Notes under the pieces: model-generated
The model's input: only the letters and a program-made list of their open reading frames with translations
Told to the model about the DNA's origin: nothing
The model's database searches: none
Assembly: GCA_964552205.1 (NCBI GenBank)
Contig: CAZKFT010000001.1
Coordinates: forward strand, 50,705-114,704
From: an uncultured Gammaproteobacteria bacterium
Lineage (GTDB): Bacteria > Pseudomonadota > Gammaproteobacteria > Natronospirales > JAIVGZ01
Direction of reading: 5' to 3'
Length of the DNA stretch: 64,000 bases
In this document: positions 22,060 to 32,211 of the stretch, piece by piece
How the letters are laid out: each line of letters starts with the position of its first letter
Position numbering within the stretch: the stretch's first letter is position 1
Position numbers and translations under genes: made by a program

Positions 22060-22826
22060 GCGCGCGCCGTCGCAGGAAGCAGGCACCGAAGGGGCCGGCA
22101 TTGCGCTCGCGTCTGCTTATAGGTGGGACCGCGGTGGCCGTGGTTGCTGCAATCGGCGGCGTAGGGTTTTTCGCCTGGGAATACCGTGATTCGCTTCCGC
22201 GCTGGCCAGAGGATGGATTGACGCCCGTACAACGCGTGGTGGTCGAAGGTCCGTTCGAACACGTTACGACCGGCGAAGTCGAAGATGCGGTCCTGCCGCA
22301 CCTGACTGGCAGTTTCTTCACGGTGAACTTGGCGGCCATCCAGAACGCGACGGAAGCACTGCCCTGGGTGGCGCGTGCACAGGTGAAGCGGGAGTGGCCG
22401 GATGGCGTCCACATCGTGGTGACCGAGGAGCGTGCCGCCTGGTTGTGGGGTGATGACGCCTTACTCAATGAGCGCGCGGAACTCTTTGTGCAAGGCGTCC
22501 AAAGCCGTCCGCAGGGGCTACCGCGGCTGGATGGCCCAGCAGGATCGGAGCGCGTCGTTGCCGAGCGCTACCTGGATCTGGACCACACCCTGTCCAACTG
22601 TGCCATGCGCATTGCGCGCATGGAGGTGGATGGGCGAAGGGCTTGGCGCGCAACGCTGGATGGCGGACTGGTCCTTCATTTGGGAAGGCAGGACGCGCAG
22701 GCACGCGCCTCACGGTTCTGTGATGTCGTGCTCGTCGCGTTGGCGCCACGGTTGCGGCAGGTCGCATACGTGGACATGCGTTACACGAACGGGTTTGCAG
22801 TTGGTTGGCGAGTTCAAGGGGGTTAG
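22056..22826 (+). CDS. ftsQ: cell division protein FtsQ
   Basis: It is a bitopic protein with a basic N-terminus, one TM helix and a POTRA-like domain. It lies between ddl and ftsA. Confidence 0.8.
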   Translation: MSARRRRKQAPKGPALRSRLLIGGTAVAVVAAIGGVGFFAWEYRDSLPRWPEDGLTPVQRVVVEGPFEHVTTGEVEDAVLPHLTGSFFTVNLAAIQNATEALPWVARAQVKREWPDGVHIVVTEERAAWLWGDDALLNERAELFVQGVQSRPQGLPRLDGPAGSERVVAERYLDLDHTLSNCAMRIARMEVDGRRAWRATLDGGLVLHLGRQDAQARASRFCDVVLVALAPRLRQVAYVDMRYTNGFAVGWRVQGG

Positions 22827-22831
22827 AGCAG

Positions 22832-24064
22832 ATGTCGAGGAAATCGGAAAAGAACCTAATCGTCGGTCTCGATATCGGGACCTCGAAGGTAGTTGCCATC
22901 GTCGGCGAGATTGGCCCTGACGGCACACTCGAGATCATCGGTATCGGATCGCATCCATCCAAGGGCCTACGCAAGGGCGTGGTGGTCAATATCGAGTCCA
23001 CCGTCGAGTCCATTGAGCGGGCGGTCGAGGAGGCGGAGCTGATGGCCGGGTGCGAAGTGCACTCGGTGTTCACCGGCATCGCCGGCAGCCATGTGCGCAG
23101 TCTCAACTCGCACGGCATCGTTGCCATCCGGGACAAGGAAGTGACCGCTGGAGATGTGGACAGGGTTATCGACGCCGCCCGTGCAGTGGCCATTCCGGCC
23201 GACCAGAAAATCCTGCACATCCTTCCGCAGGAGTTCGTGATCGACAACCAGGATGGCATCAAGGAGCCCATCGGCATGTCCGGGGTGCGCCTCGAAGCCA
23301 AGGTGCACATCGTGACCGGGGCACTGTCAGCGGCTCAGAACATCATCAAATGTGTCCGCCGATGTGGCCTTGAGGTGGATGACATCATCCTGGAGCAGAT
23401 CGCCTCCAGCTATTCCGTCCTGACTGAGGACGAGAAGGGGCTGGGTGTGTGCCTGGTCGATATCGGCGGCGGCACCACCGACATTGCCGTGTTCACGGAT
23501 GGGTCTATCCGACACACGGCAGTCATCCCGATTGCCGGCGACCAAGTCACCAACGACATTGCCGTCGCACTGAGGACGCCGACCCAGTACGCCGAGGAAA
23601 TCAAGGTCAAGTACGCCTGCGCGCTACCCAACCTGGCCAGCCCGGACGACACCATCGAAGTACCTAGTGTTGGCGACCGCCCGCCACGGCGACTTGCGCG
23701 CCAGACGCTGGCAGAAGTGGTGGAGCCGCGTTACGAGGAACTCTTCTCACTGATTCACAGCGAGCTCCGTAGGAGCGGCTTTGAAGACTTGTGCGCCGCG
23801 GGAATCGTGCTTACCGGCGGAAGCTCGAAGATGGAAGGCGCGGTGGAACTCGCCGAAGAGGTGTTCCACATGCCGGTGCGGCTGGGGATGCCCCAGGGCG
23901 TCACCGGTCTGTCAGATGTGGTGCGCAACCCGATTCACGCAACAGGTGTCGGGCTGTTGATGTTTGGGATGCAAAGCAATTCGCGCCGATCGCATATGCC
24001 GATCGGCGGTGGAGCAAGAGAGCTCTGGGAACGGATGAAAAGCTGGTTCCAGGGCAATTTCTGA
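22832..24064 (+). CDS. ftsA: cell division protein FtsA
   Basis: It has actin-fold motifs (VGLDIGTSKV, DIGGGTTD) and a C-terminal amphipathic helix (WERMKSWFQGNF). The ATG at 22832 follows the ftsQ stop. Confidence 0.9.
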   Translation: MSRKSEKNLIVGLDIGTSKVVAIVGEIGPDGTLEIIGIGSHPSKGLRKGVVVNIESTVESIERAVEEAELMAGCEVHSVFTGIAGSHVRSLNSHGIVAIRDKEVTAGDVDRVIDAARAVAIPADQKILHILPQEFVIDNQDGIKEPIGMSGVRLEAKVHIVTGALSAAQNIIKCVRRCGLEVDDIILEQIASSYSVLTEDEKGLGVCLVDIGGGTTDIAVFTDGSIRHTAVIPIAGDQVTNDIAVALRTPTQYAEEIKVKYACALPNLASPDDTIEVPSVGDRPPRRLARQTLAEVVEPRYEELFSLIHSELRRSGFEDLCAAGIVLTGGSSKMEGAVELAEEVFHMPVRLGMPQGVTGLSDVVRNPIHATGVGLLMFGMQSNSRRSHMPIGGGARELWERMKSWFQGNF

Positions 24065-24097
24065 TGTTAGGCAACGACAAGCAACAAGGGGGCAACA

Positions 24098-25255
24098 ATG
24101 ACTTTTGAACTGATGGATGCATACAGCCAGAACGCTGTAATCAAGGTGATAGGCGTGGGAGGCGGTGGCGGAAATGCCGTGGCCCACATGGTCAACGCAG
24201 GTATCGAGGGCGTGGATTTCATCTGCGCCAACACCGATGCGCAGGCACTGAAGAACACGTCCACGCGTACCGTGTTGCAGCTGGGCTGCAACATCACCAA
24301 AGGGCTTGGCGCGGGCGCCAACCCGGAGGTCGGAAAGCAGGCAGCACTGGAAGACCGCGACCGTATCGAAGAGGTGATTGCTGGCAGCGACATGCTGTTC
24401 ATCACCTGCGGGATGGGCGGCGGTACGGGTACAGGCGGAGCACCCATCGTGGCGCAGGTGGCGCGCGAGCTGGGAATCCTCACCGTGGCCGTGGTGACCA
24501 AGCCGTTCCCCTTCGAAGGGAAGAAGCGTATGGGCATCGCCATGCAGGGTATCGAGGAACTGTCCAAGCATGTGGACTCCCTCATCACCATCCCCAACGA
24601 GAAGTTGCTGACCGTCCTCGGTAAGCAGGTCACGTTGCCGGATGCTTTCCGCGCGGCAAACGATGTCTTGATGAATGCGGTACAGGGCATCGCGGAACTG
24701 ATCACCCGCCCCGGCCTAATCAATGTGGACTTCGCGGACGTGCGTACCGTGATGTCAGAGATGGGCATGGCAATGATGGGTTCCGGGGTTGCTTCCGGAC
24801 CGGAACGGGCACGGGAAGCCGCAGAGGCCGCCATCCACAGCCCGCTGCTGGAGGACATCAATCTGGCTGGCGCTCGCGGCATTCTGGTCAATGTGACCGC
24901 TGGCAACGACCTGTCCATCGGCGAGTTCGAGGAAGTCGGCAACGCCGTCGGCGAATTCGCCGCGGAGGATGCCACGGTGGTCGTCGGTACCGTGATCGAC
25001 CCGGATATGACCGGGGAGCTGCGGGTAACCGTGGTTGCCACGGGCCTCGGCCTTCCAGCTGTCGCACGTCGCCCAGTCGAAGACAAACGCCCTGAAATCA
25101 AGGTGGTCAAGCAGGTCGCCAACTCGGATGTCAATTACGAGGACCTAGATCGCCCGACGGTGATTCGTCGTGGCAAGGCCGAAGAGGCCGGTCCAAACCG
25201 CAACGACCCGGCATACCTCGATATTCCGGCGTTCCTGCGGCGCCAGGCGGACTGA
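24098..25255 (+). CDS. ftsZ: cell division GTPase FtsZ
   Basis: It has the tubulin signature GGGTGTGGAP, NTDAQAL and the C-terminal conserved peptide DIPAFLRRQAD. Confidence 0.95.
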   Translation: MTFELMDAYSQNAVIKVIGVGGGGGNAVAHMVNAGIEGVDFICANTDAQALKNTSTRTVLQLGCNITKGLGAGANPEVGKQAALEDRDRIEEVIAGSDMLFITCGMGGGTGTGGAPIVAQVARELGILTVAVVTKPFPFEGKKRMGIAMQGIEELSKHVDSLITIPNEKLLTVLGKQVTLPDAFRAANDVLMNAVQGIAELITRPGLINVDFADVRTVMSEMGMAMMGSGVASGPERAREAAEAAIHSPLLEDINLAGARGILVNVTAGNDLSIGEFEEVGNAVGEFAAEDATVVVGTVIDPDMTGELRVTVVATGLGLPAVARRPVEDKRPEIKVVKQVANSDVNYEDLDRPTVIRRGKAEEAGPNRNDPAYLDIPAFLRRQAD

Positions 25256-25282
25256 CCGTCCGGCGAGGATGCGACCAGTTCC

Positions 25283-25311
25283 ACGGCGGCGGGCAAGCCC
25301 CCGCTCGCCGT
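25283..25311 (+). other. GC-rich stem-loop downstream of ftsZ (no T-tract)
   Basis: ACGGCGGCGGG-caagcc-CCCGC(T)CGCCGT forms an 11-bp stem with one bulge. There is no U-run, so it may be an mRNA 3' stabiliser or a weak terminator. Confidence 0.3.
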
Positions 25312-25388
25312 CGTGGGAGCTGCAGCCCAACCCCTGATGAATCAAAAAGTTGCGCTGCTTTTTAACACTGTGTTAATGTTCGCCCGGC

Positions 25389-26297
25389 ATGCTCAGACAG
25401 CGAACTTTGAAGAATACTATCCGTGCGACCGGAGTTGGACTTCACTCCGGCGATAAGGTGTACCTGACGCTGCGTCCCGCAGCGGTCAATTCTGGCATCA
25501 TTTTTCGTCGCGTAGACCTTGACCCTGTGGTTGAGATTCATGCGCATGCGGAAAACGTCGGTGAAACCCAACTGTCCACCACGCTGGTCGAAGGTGGCGC
25601 AAAAGTGTCCACGGTGGAGCATTTGCTGTCGGCGATTGCGGGACTGGGTATCGACAATGCGTATGTCGACCTGAGCGCTGCCGAGGTCCCCATCATGGAC
25701 GGCAGTGCTGGTCCATTCGTGTTCCTTCTGCAGAGCGCGGGTATCGCGGAGCAGAATGCGCACAAGCGTTTCATCCGGATCAAGAAAACCGTCGAGGTCC
25801 GAGAGGGCGACAAATGGGCGCGTTTCGAGCCCTACGAGGGCTTCAAGGTTGGCTTCCAGATTGACTTCGATCATCCAGTCTTCAAAAAGCACCGTCAGTC
25901 GGCAGAAATAGACTTTTCCAGCACTTCCTTCGTCAAGGAAGTGAGTCGTGCGCGCACCTTCGGGTTCATGCGCGACATCGAATACTTGCGTGAGCGCAAC
26001 CTTGCGCTGGGTGGCAGCTTGGACAATGCCGTGGTCGTGGATGATTTCCGTGTCCTGAACGAGGACGGCCTCCGTTACGAGGACGAGTTCGTCAAGCACA
26101 AGATTCTGGATGCCATCGGCGACCTTTATCTTCTTGGTCATAGCCTCATCGGGGCATTCAATGGCTACAAGTCCGGGCATGCATTGAACAACAAATTGCT
26201 ACGGACACTCATGGCGGATGTCACGGCCTGGGAAGAGGTCACATTTGATGACCCGGCCGCCGCACCTATTTCCTACCTGGCCCCGGTCACCATTTAA
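25389..26297 (+). CDS. lpxC: UDP-3-O-acyl-N-acetylglucosamine deacetylase
   Basis: The [21 protein letters not shown] start matches E. coli LpxC residue for residue. [10 protein letters not shown] and GHALNN are also conserved. Confidence 0.95.
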   Translation: MLRQRTLKNTIRATGVGLHSGDKVYLTLRPAAVNSGIIFRRVDLDPVVEIHAHAENVGETQLSTTLVEGGAKVSTVEHLLSAIAGLGIDNAYVDLSAAEVPIMDGSAGPFVFLLQSAGIAEQNAHKRFIRIKKTVEVREGDKWARFEPYEGFKVGFQIDFDHPVFKKHRQSAEIDFSSTSFVKEVSRARTFGFMRDIEYLRERNLALGGSLDNAVVVDDFRVLNEDGLRYEDEFVKHKILDAIGDLYLLGHSLIGAFNGYKSGHALNNKLLRTLMADVTAWEEVTFDDPAAAPISYLAPVTI

Positions 26298-26737
26298 CGT
26301 TTTGCGTGTTCGGCCAGGCGTCTCAACGCCGCGGCCAGGGGTGCGTGCTCGACACTGGCGGCAGTACTTTCCAGGATCCGAGCGGCTTGCGGGGAGAGTG
26401 TCAGAGGGTCACTGATGGCGGGTGGCTCGACCATGGGCCGGTGTTGGAGGACCACGCGGCACTCGGAAACGGGTGTGCCAGCGGCTTCAAGCTTTCGTTG
26501 GATTTCCGCGGTGTGGTACCGTAGCCGCGTCGCCCAGCTGCCCGTATCGGCTGCCAGGGTAAGACGTCCCTCCTGATAACCGGTGACGGTGCAGTGGGGG
26601 AGTAGCTCGGGGTTCAGGACCCCGGCAACGAGTTTATCGATCTTGGACAAGTGACGAGCGCGCTCTGTGAGCGATGCGAGCATGGGTCCGGGGGCGGACA
26701 GTAGATGACGAGGCCTGTTGTTAAGTGGGTCAGTCAT
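26294..26737 (-). CDS. DUF721 domain protein (DciA-family candidate)
   Basis: The pattern ([36 protein letters not shown]) is typical of DUF721. The lpxC / DUF721 / M23 / secA synteny matches pseudomonads. The ATG at 26737 was chosen; the longer ORF extension overlaps the M23 gene. Confidence 0.65.
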   Translation of the reverse strand: MTDPLNNRPRHLLSAPGPMLASLTERARHLSKIDKLVAGVLNPELLPHCTVTGYQEGRLTLAADTGSWATRLRYHTAEIQRKLEAAGTPVSECRVVLQHRPMVEPPAISDPLTLSPQAARILESTAASVEHAPLAAALRRLAEHAKR

Positions 26738-26752
26738 GGGGGAAGAGAGTAG

Positions 26753-27676
26753 ATGAACCTGATACTCCTGACAAAGCGGCATGGCCGCCCAATCACACTG
26801 AACCTCGGTGCGCCCGCGGTCATGGCTGTCGTTGGTACAGCCGTGCTGCTCCTTTGCGCATTGGCATTCATGGTCGGTGGCGTCTGGAGCGGGTGGCAGG
26901 GTGAGCGCGACGCCCGCGCCAGGACCGATGCCTGGCAGCAGGAAATCGCGCGCCAGCGCGCGGAGATCGAGGATGCAAAGCTGGCGGCCCGGGAAGGACT
27001 GGATGCTCTTGCCCTGCGGCTCGGTCAGGCCCATGCCCATATCCTGCGTCTGGATGCCCTTGGGCAGCGGCTGACCCGTGTGGCGGATCTGGAGTTGGGC
27101 GAGTTCGACTTCGAGCAACTCCCAGCCTTGGGGGGACCAGAGGAGCGCACGGGTGACAGCCTGTCCGCCGTTGATTTCATCACTGCCTTGGACAATCTCT
27201 CTGTGCAGTTGGCCCACCGTCAGCAGCAACTCAACGTGCTGGACAACCTGTTGCTGAATCGCAACCTACAGCGGCGGGTCCTCCCTGCGGGCAGGCCGGT
27301 AGTATCTGGCTGGATTTCCTCGCATTTCGGTATGCGCAACGATCCTTTCACCGGGCAACGAGCCCACCATGGCGGTATCGACTTCGCGGGCCGCGAGGGC
27401 TCCCAAGTGGTGGCGGTCGCTGCAGGCGTGGTCACCTATTCCGGTGACCGGTTCGGCTACGGCAAGATGGTAGAGATCAACCACGGCAATGGGTATGTCA
27501 CCCGCTACGCCCACAACCGCGAGAATCTGGTTCAGGTCGGTGATGCAGTGAAAAAGGGTGACCACATCGCCCATATGGGCATGACCGGTCGAGCCACCGC
27601 GCCCCATGTCCATTTCGAGGTCCTGCACAACGGACGTGGGGTCAATCCCCTGCAGTACATCCGCGCAGTCAACTAA
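26753..27676 (+). CDS. M23 family metallopeptidase (LytM-domain, membrane anchored)
   Basis: It has an N-terminal TM helix, a coiled-coil region and a C-terminal LytM motif set (HHGGIDFA, GDHIAHMGMTGRATAPHVHFEV). Confidence 0.8.
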   Translation: MNLILLTKRHGRPITLNLGAPAVMAVVGTAVLLLCALAFMVGGVWSGWQGERDARARTDAWQQEIARQRAEIEDAKLAAREGLDALALRLGQAHAHILRLDALGQRLTRVADLELGEFDFEQLPALGGPEERTGDSLSAVDFITALDNLSVQLAHRQQQLNVLDNLLLNRNLQRRVLPAGRPVVSGWISSHFGMRNDPFTGQRAHHGGIDFAGREGSQVVAVAAGVVTYSGDRFGYGKMVEINHGNGYVTRYAHNRENLVQVGDAVKKGDHIAHMGMTGRATAPHVHFEVLHNGRGVNPLQYIRAVN

Positions 27677-27754
27677 GCCTCGTCCCCAGACCCTCCGTGC
27701 ATCCGTCGGATGAGGTATCATTTCGCCCTTTGACAGTCCCGGGTCCGTAAATCC

Positions 27755-30475
27755 ATGTTCTTGAGCAAGTTCTTCAGTCGCATCTTCGGTAGTCGTAACG
27801 ACCGGTTCCTTCGTACGCTGAACAAACGCGTAGCGGAGATCAACGCTCTGGAGCCTGCCATGCAGGCGCTCGCAGACGGCGAACTTCGTGCAAAGACAGC
27901 TGAGTTCCGCCAGCGGTTCGCCGATGGCGAGACGCTGGATGCGCTGCTTCCGGAGGCCTTTGCGGTGGTAAGGGAAGCGGGTCGGCGAACGCTCGGGATG
28001 CGCCACTTCGATGTACAGCTCATTGGTGGCATGGTCCTGCATCAGGGCCGCATCGCGGAGATGCGTACCGGTGAGGGTAAGACTCTTGTCGCCACGCTGG
28101 CGGCCTACCTGAATGCCTTGAGTGGCAAGGCCGTGCATGTCATCACCGTCAATGACTACCTCGCGCGACGCGATGCCCGCTGGATGGGCAAGATTTACGA
28201 GGCCCTTGGCATGAGCGTCGGCGTGGTCGTGCAGGGGCAGGATCCGGCCACCAAGCGTGCGGCCTATGCTGCGGACATCACCTACGGGACGAACAACGAG
28301 TACGGGTTTGACTACCTGCGGGACAACATGGCCTTCCGCAAGGATGACAAAGCCCAGCGGGATCTTGGCTTTGCCATCGTTGACGAAGTGGACTCCATCC
28401 TGATCGACGAAGCGCGTACGCCACTCATCATCTCCGGCCCGGCAGATGACCATACCGACATGTATGTCGCCGTGAACAAACTCATTCCCAAGCTGAAGCA
28501 ACAGGAAGAAGAGGGTGACCCGGGCGACTTCACTGTGGACGAGAAGGTTCGGCAGGTCTTCCTCACCGAGGATGGCCACGCCCACGTTGAGGAGTTGATG
28601 ATGTCGGCGGGTTTGCTGCGCGAGGGCGAGTCTCTCTATGACGCCGCCAACATCCAGCTCATGCATCATGTGAACGCGGCGCTGCGCGCGCATTCGCTGT
28701 TCACGCGGGATGTGGAGTACATCGTCCAAGACGGCCAGATTGTCATCGTGGACGAGTTCACCGGTCGTACCATGCCAGGCCGCCGGTGGTCAGAAGGGCT
28801 GCATCAGGCGGTGGAGGCCAAGGAAGGCGTCAAGATCCAGAATGAGAACCAGACGCTCGCCTCCATCACCTTCCAGAACTACTTCCGCATGTATGGAAAA
28901 CTCGCGGGCATGACCGGTACGGCAGATACCGAGGCCTTCGAATTCCAGCAGATTTACGGGCTTGAGGTCATCGTCATCCCGACCAACCAGCCCATGGTCC
29001 GCAATGACATGTCCGACTTGGTGTTCCTGACGGCGGAAGAGAAATACCGCGCCATTATCGTGGACATCCGGGACTGCAGAGAGCGTGGCCAGCCGGTGCT
29101 CGTAGGCACCGCCTCCATCGACACCTCAGAGCACCTGTCGCGCCTGCTGGAGAAGGAGAAGATTCCGCACCGCGTGCTCAACGCCAAGCAGCATGAAAAG
29201 GAAGCGGAAATCATTGCCCAAGCAGGCCGCCCCGGAGTGGTGACCATCGCGACCAATATGGCTGGCCGCGGTACCGACATCGTGCTCGGTGGCAGTCTGG
29301 ACTCGGAACTGGAATCTCTGGGAGAGGACGCGCCCAAGGAAGAAATCGCGAAGGTGAAGGCTGATTGGCAGAAGCGCCATGAGACCGTGGTGGCCGCCGG
29401 TGGCTTGCATATCATCGGCAGTGAGCGCCACGAGTCCCGTCGCATCGACAACCAGCTACGCGGTCGCGCCGGCCGTCAAGGTGACCCGGGCTCGTCGCGC
29501 TTCTATCTGTCCATGGAAGACAACCTCCTTCGCATTTTCGGAGCCGGCAGGGTCACCAACCTGTTGCGCAAACTCGGTGTGGAGGAAGGTGAGGCCATAG
29601 AGCACCCATGGGTCACCAAGCAGATAGAGCAGGCACAGCGCAAGGTCGAGGCGCACAACTTCGACATCCGTAAGCAGTTGCTCGAGTACGATGACGTCGC
29701 CAACGACCAGCGCAAGGTGGTCTACGAACAACGCAATGAGCTGATGGAGACCGATGACATCTCCGAAGTCATCACCAACATCCGCCAAGATGTGGTCGAG
29801 GCGCTGATTGACACCTACATTCCGCCGCGCAGCCTGGATGAGACATGGGATGTCGAGGGGCTGGAGACCGCTTTGGAGCGGGACCTCGCGGTCAAACTGC
29901 CGGTGCAGCAGTGGCTGGACGACGATGATCAGCTGGACGAGACGGGCTTGCGTGCGAGAATTCTCGAAGAAGTCGAGAGGTCATACAACGGTAAGTTGGA
30001 GCAGGCCGGCCCTGAGGTGATGCGCCATTTCGAGAAGGCGGTCATGTTGCAGGTGTTGGACCAGCTGTGGAAGGAGCATCTGGCAGCGATGGATTATCTG
30101 CGCCAGGGTATCCACCTGCGTGGGTACGCGCAGCGCAATCCGAAGCAGGAGTACAAGCGCGAGGCATTCGCGATGTTCCAGGACCTGCTGGAACGCCTCA
30201 AGCACGAAGTCATCACTGTCCTATGCAAGGTTCAGGTAAGGGCCGAGGACGATGTGAAGAAAATGGAAGAGCGCAAGCAGCCACAGCCCTCTCGCATGAG
30301 TTTCCAGCACGCTGAGGCGCCCAACGCGGTTGCCGGTGGTCCTGCACCCGCTGACGGTGGGTCAGCACAACAGCAGCAGCCATTCGTGCGGGATGACCCT
30401 AAAGTCGGACGCAACGACCCCTGTCCTTGTGGGTCTGGGCAGAAGTACAAGCACTGCCACGGCAAGCTTTCCTAA
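27755..30475 (+). CDS. secA: preprotein translocase ATPase SecA
   Basis: The 906-aa product has Walker [10 protein letters not shown] and the DEAD-like [18 protein letters not shown] motif. It also has the C-terminal zinc finger [14 protein letters not shown]. Confidence 0.97.
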   Translation: MFLSKFFSRIFGSRNDRFLRTLNKRVAEINALEPAMQALADGELRAKTAEFRQRFADGETLDALLPEAFAVVREAGRRTLGMRHFDVQLIGGMVLHQGRIAEMRTGEGKTLVATLAAYLNALSGKAVHVITVNDYLARRDARWMGKIYEALGMSVGVVVQGQDPATKRAAYAADITYGTNNEYGFDYLRDNMAFRKDDKAQRDLGFAIVDEVDSILIDEARTPLIISGPADDHTDMYVAVNKLIPKLKQQEEEGDPGDFTVDEKVRQVFLTEDGHAHVEELMMSAGLLREGESLYDAANIQLMHHVNAALRAHSLFTRDVEYIVQDGQIVIVDEFTGRTMPGRRWSEGLHQAVEAKEGVKIQNENQTLASITFQNYFRMYGKLAGMTGTADTEAFEFQQIYGLEVIVIPTNQPMVRNDMSDLVFLTAEEKYRAIIVDIRDCRERGQPVLVGTASIDTSEHLSRLLEKEKIPHRVLNAKQHEKEAEIIAQAGRPGVVTIATNMAGRGTDIVLGGSLDSELESLGEDAPKEEIAKVKADWQKRHETVVAAGGLHIIGSERHESRRIDNQLRGRAGRQGDPGSSRFYLSMEDNLLRIFGAGRVTNLLRKLGVEEGEAIEHPWVTKQIEQAQRKVEAHNFDIRKQLLEYDDVANDQRKVVYEQRNELMETDDISEVITNIRQDVVEALIDTYIPPRSLDETWDVEGLETALERDLAVKLPVQQWLDDDDQLDETGLRARILEEVERSYNGKLEQAGPEVMRHFEKAVMLQVLDQLWKEHLAAMDYLRQGIHLRGYAQRNPKQEYKREAFAMFQDLLERLKHEVITVLCKVQVRAEDDVKKMEERKQPQPSRMSFQHAEAPNAVAGGPAPADGGSAQQQQPFVRDDPKVGRNDPCPCGSGQKYKHCHGKLS

Positions 30476-30481
30476 GGCACC

Positions 30482-31396
30482 GTGGAGCGCTTGCATGTCG
30501 TCGCTGCCGTTCTCACGCGCAGCGATGGCAGCGTTCTCATCAACCAGCGCCTACCGGGTACCCACATGGCCGGGCGCTGGGAGTTTCCCGGCGGCAAGCG
30601 TGAACCCGGCGAAACCCCTTTTGCGGCATTGGCCAGAGAGCTCGACGAGGAGCTGGGTATCAAGGTTCTCGCAGCCCGGCCGCTCATGCGCATCCGCCAC
30701 GACTACCCTGAGAGGAAGGTTCTGCTCGACTGCTGGCGGGTTGATACATGGTTGGGAGCGCCAAGGGCACGGGAAGGTCATCCACTGGCCTGGGTGCAGC
30801 CCACGAGCTTGCAAGAGCATGACTTGCTGGAGGCAGACCTGCCGCTGATTGGTGCCCTGACGCTACCCCCACGCTACGCGATCACGCGTGACGGGACACC
30901 GACACAGGTCCTGGCGAACATCGAGCGCTTGGCGTCATCGGGACACCAGCTTATCCAGCTGCGATCCCATCACGCCGCAGAGCTCGCCCGGAAGGCCTTG
31001 CACCTATGTCAGGCGCGCGGTGCGCGGCTGATGATCAATTCAGACGCGGCCACCGCTTTGAAGCTCGGGGTCGATGGCGTGCACCTCAATACGGAACGAC
31101 TCATGTCGCTCACAAGTCGAACGCTACCCGCGAGCATGTGGATGGCTGCCAGCTGCCATGATTACGCAGAACTCGCACACGCTGTGCGTATCGGATGCGA
31201 CTTTGCGGTGCTCGGCCCGGTCGCAGCGACCGCTTCCCATCCGCGCGCCACCGGCATGGGCTGGAAGGCATTCGCGACGCTCGCAGATGGTGCAGGCATC
31301 CCGGTGTACGCTCTCGGCGGTATGGGAGAGGAAGATATCCCGACTGCGTGGAAACACCACGCACAGGGTATTGCCGGAATTTCAGCCTGGAACTGA
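30482..31396 (+). CDS. bifunctional-type Nudix hydrolase (MutT-like) fused to a ThiE-like TIM-barrel domain
   Basis: The N-terminal part has a perfect Nudix box, GKREPGETPFAALARELDEELGI (GX5EX7REUXEEXGU). The C-terminal half has thiamine-phosphate-synthase-like motifs (GVDGVHL, SCHD, FAVLGPV, YALGGM). Confidence 0.75.
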   Translation: MERLHVVAAVLTRSDGSVLINQRLPGTHMAGRWEFPGGKREPGETPFAALARELDEELGIKVLAARPLMRIRHDYPERKVLLDCWRVDTWLGAPRAREGHPLAWVQPTSLQEHDLLEADLPLIGALTLPPRYAITRDGTPTQVLANIERLASSGHQLIQLRSHHAAELARKALHLCQARGARLMINSDAATALKLGVDGVHLNTERLMSLTSRTLPASMWMAASCHDYAELAHAVRIGCDFAVLGPVAATASHPRATGMGWKAFATLADGAGIPVYALGGMGEEDIPTAWKHHAQGIAGISAWN

Positions 31397-31398
31397 CC

Positions 31399-32199
31399 TC
31401 AGAAGACGCAGCAAACCAGTTTGAACGGAACATCCTCGGTAGTTTGCACCGGGCGGGCATTCAGCTTTGGGTATTCCAGAAAGCGAACGCTGAACCGATG
31501 TTTGCTTCCCGATATCTCCGGGTACCACGGGGCGTCTGCTGGTAGCAGGATTCGTATCAGATGGCAGGGTGTTCCCGAATCCAATGTCATCTGGAACATG
31601 CCGCCATTCGCCAAGCCATCAGTCGCACCGGCGCTGTTGCGAATCAGGTTGAGAATCAGGCGCAGGGCTCGTCGCAGGGGCTCCAATGTGCCCATCCATT
31701 GTTCGAGATCTGCTTGGCGGCGTTCTTGCGGCTGACCCAGCCAGAAGTGATAAGCAGGCAAATCAAACTCGCATGTTCCGCCGGGAATCGAGCTGCGGTT
31801 ACGGATGGTGTTAAGGAACTCATGGTCGCGCAAGGGTTGGGTGAGTGAACCGGCCTCGTGCAGTGCTTCGACACGCGCATCGATTTCTCCAAGCAATGCA
31901 GTCAGGCGTCCCTCATCCACACCCGGGTTCGAGCTCAGCCTGCCGAGCATCGCGGCGTGTCGCTCGAGTTCCTTGATCACATCGGTGCGCATTTCGCCAC
32001 GGCCGATGATGGAAAGGATTTCCAGCAGACGATGAATCGCGGCACGGCTATCCCAAGTGCTGCCGCCCTCCAGGGCATGCCTTGCCTCGCTGAACAAGAA
32101 CTCCAAGCGCATGAATGTCCGTACGCGCTCGTGCAGGGGCTGCTCGTAGCAAATCTGTCGGGGTTGGGACTGCATGGCCACTTCTTGCATGGTGCCCAT
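31399..32199 (-). CDS. zapD: cell division protein ZapD (YacF family)
   Basis: YEQPLHERVRTFMRLEFLF resembles the ZapD N-terminus. It lies between coaE and mutT as in E. coli. The start may be one of three nearby ATGs (32199, 32190 or 32175). Confidence 0.75.
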   Translation of the reverse strand: MGTMQEVAMQSQPRQICYEQPLHERVRTFMRLEFLFSEARHALEGGSTWDSRAAIHRLLEILSIIGRGEMRTDVIKELERHAAMLGRLSSNPGVDEGRLTALLGEIDARVEALHEAGSLTQPLRDHEFLNTIRNRSSIPGGTCEFDLPAYHFWLGQPQERRQADLEQWMGTLEPLRRALRLILNLIRNSAGATDGLANGGMFQMTLDSGTPCHLIRILLPADAPWYPEISGSKHRFSVRFLEYPKLNARPVQTTEDVPFKLVCCVF

Positions 32200-32211
32200 T
32201 CTGGACGAGCC

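Noticed and set aside
26738-27229. Upstream 164 codons of the 311-aa minus-strand ORF 26294-27229
   Set aside because: This part overlaps the M23 peptidase gene on the other strand. The DUF721-like sequence begins at the Met at 26737.
27690-27712. Palindrome catccg-t-cggatg upstream of secA as a terminator or operator
   Set aside because: The loop is too small for a stable hairpin, there is no T-tract, and I know of no secM-like or operator precedent that matches it.
27266-28729. Long antisense ORFs inside core genes: 487 aa opposite secA. Also 24067-25134 opposite ftsZ, 47149-48471 opposite clpB, 9078-10133 opposite rsmH, 10781-11701 opposite ftsI and 15646-16533 opposite mraY/murD
   Set aside because: These are typical high-GC shadow ORFs with low-complexity Arg/Ala/Pro-rich translations and no start-site signals. 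They are fully contained in genes with unambiguous homology.
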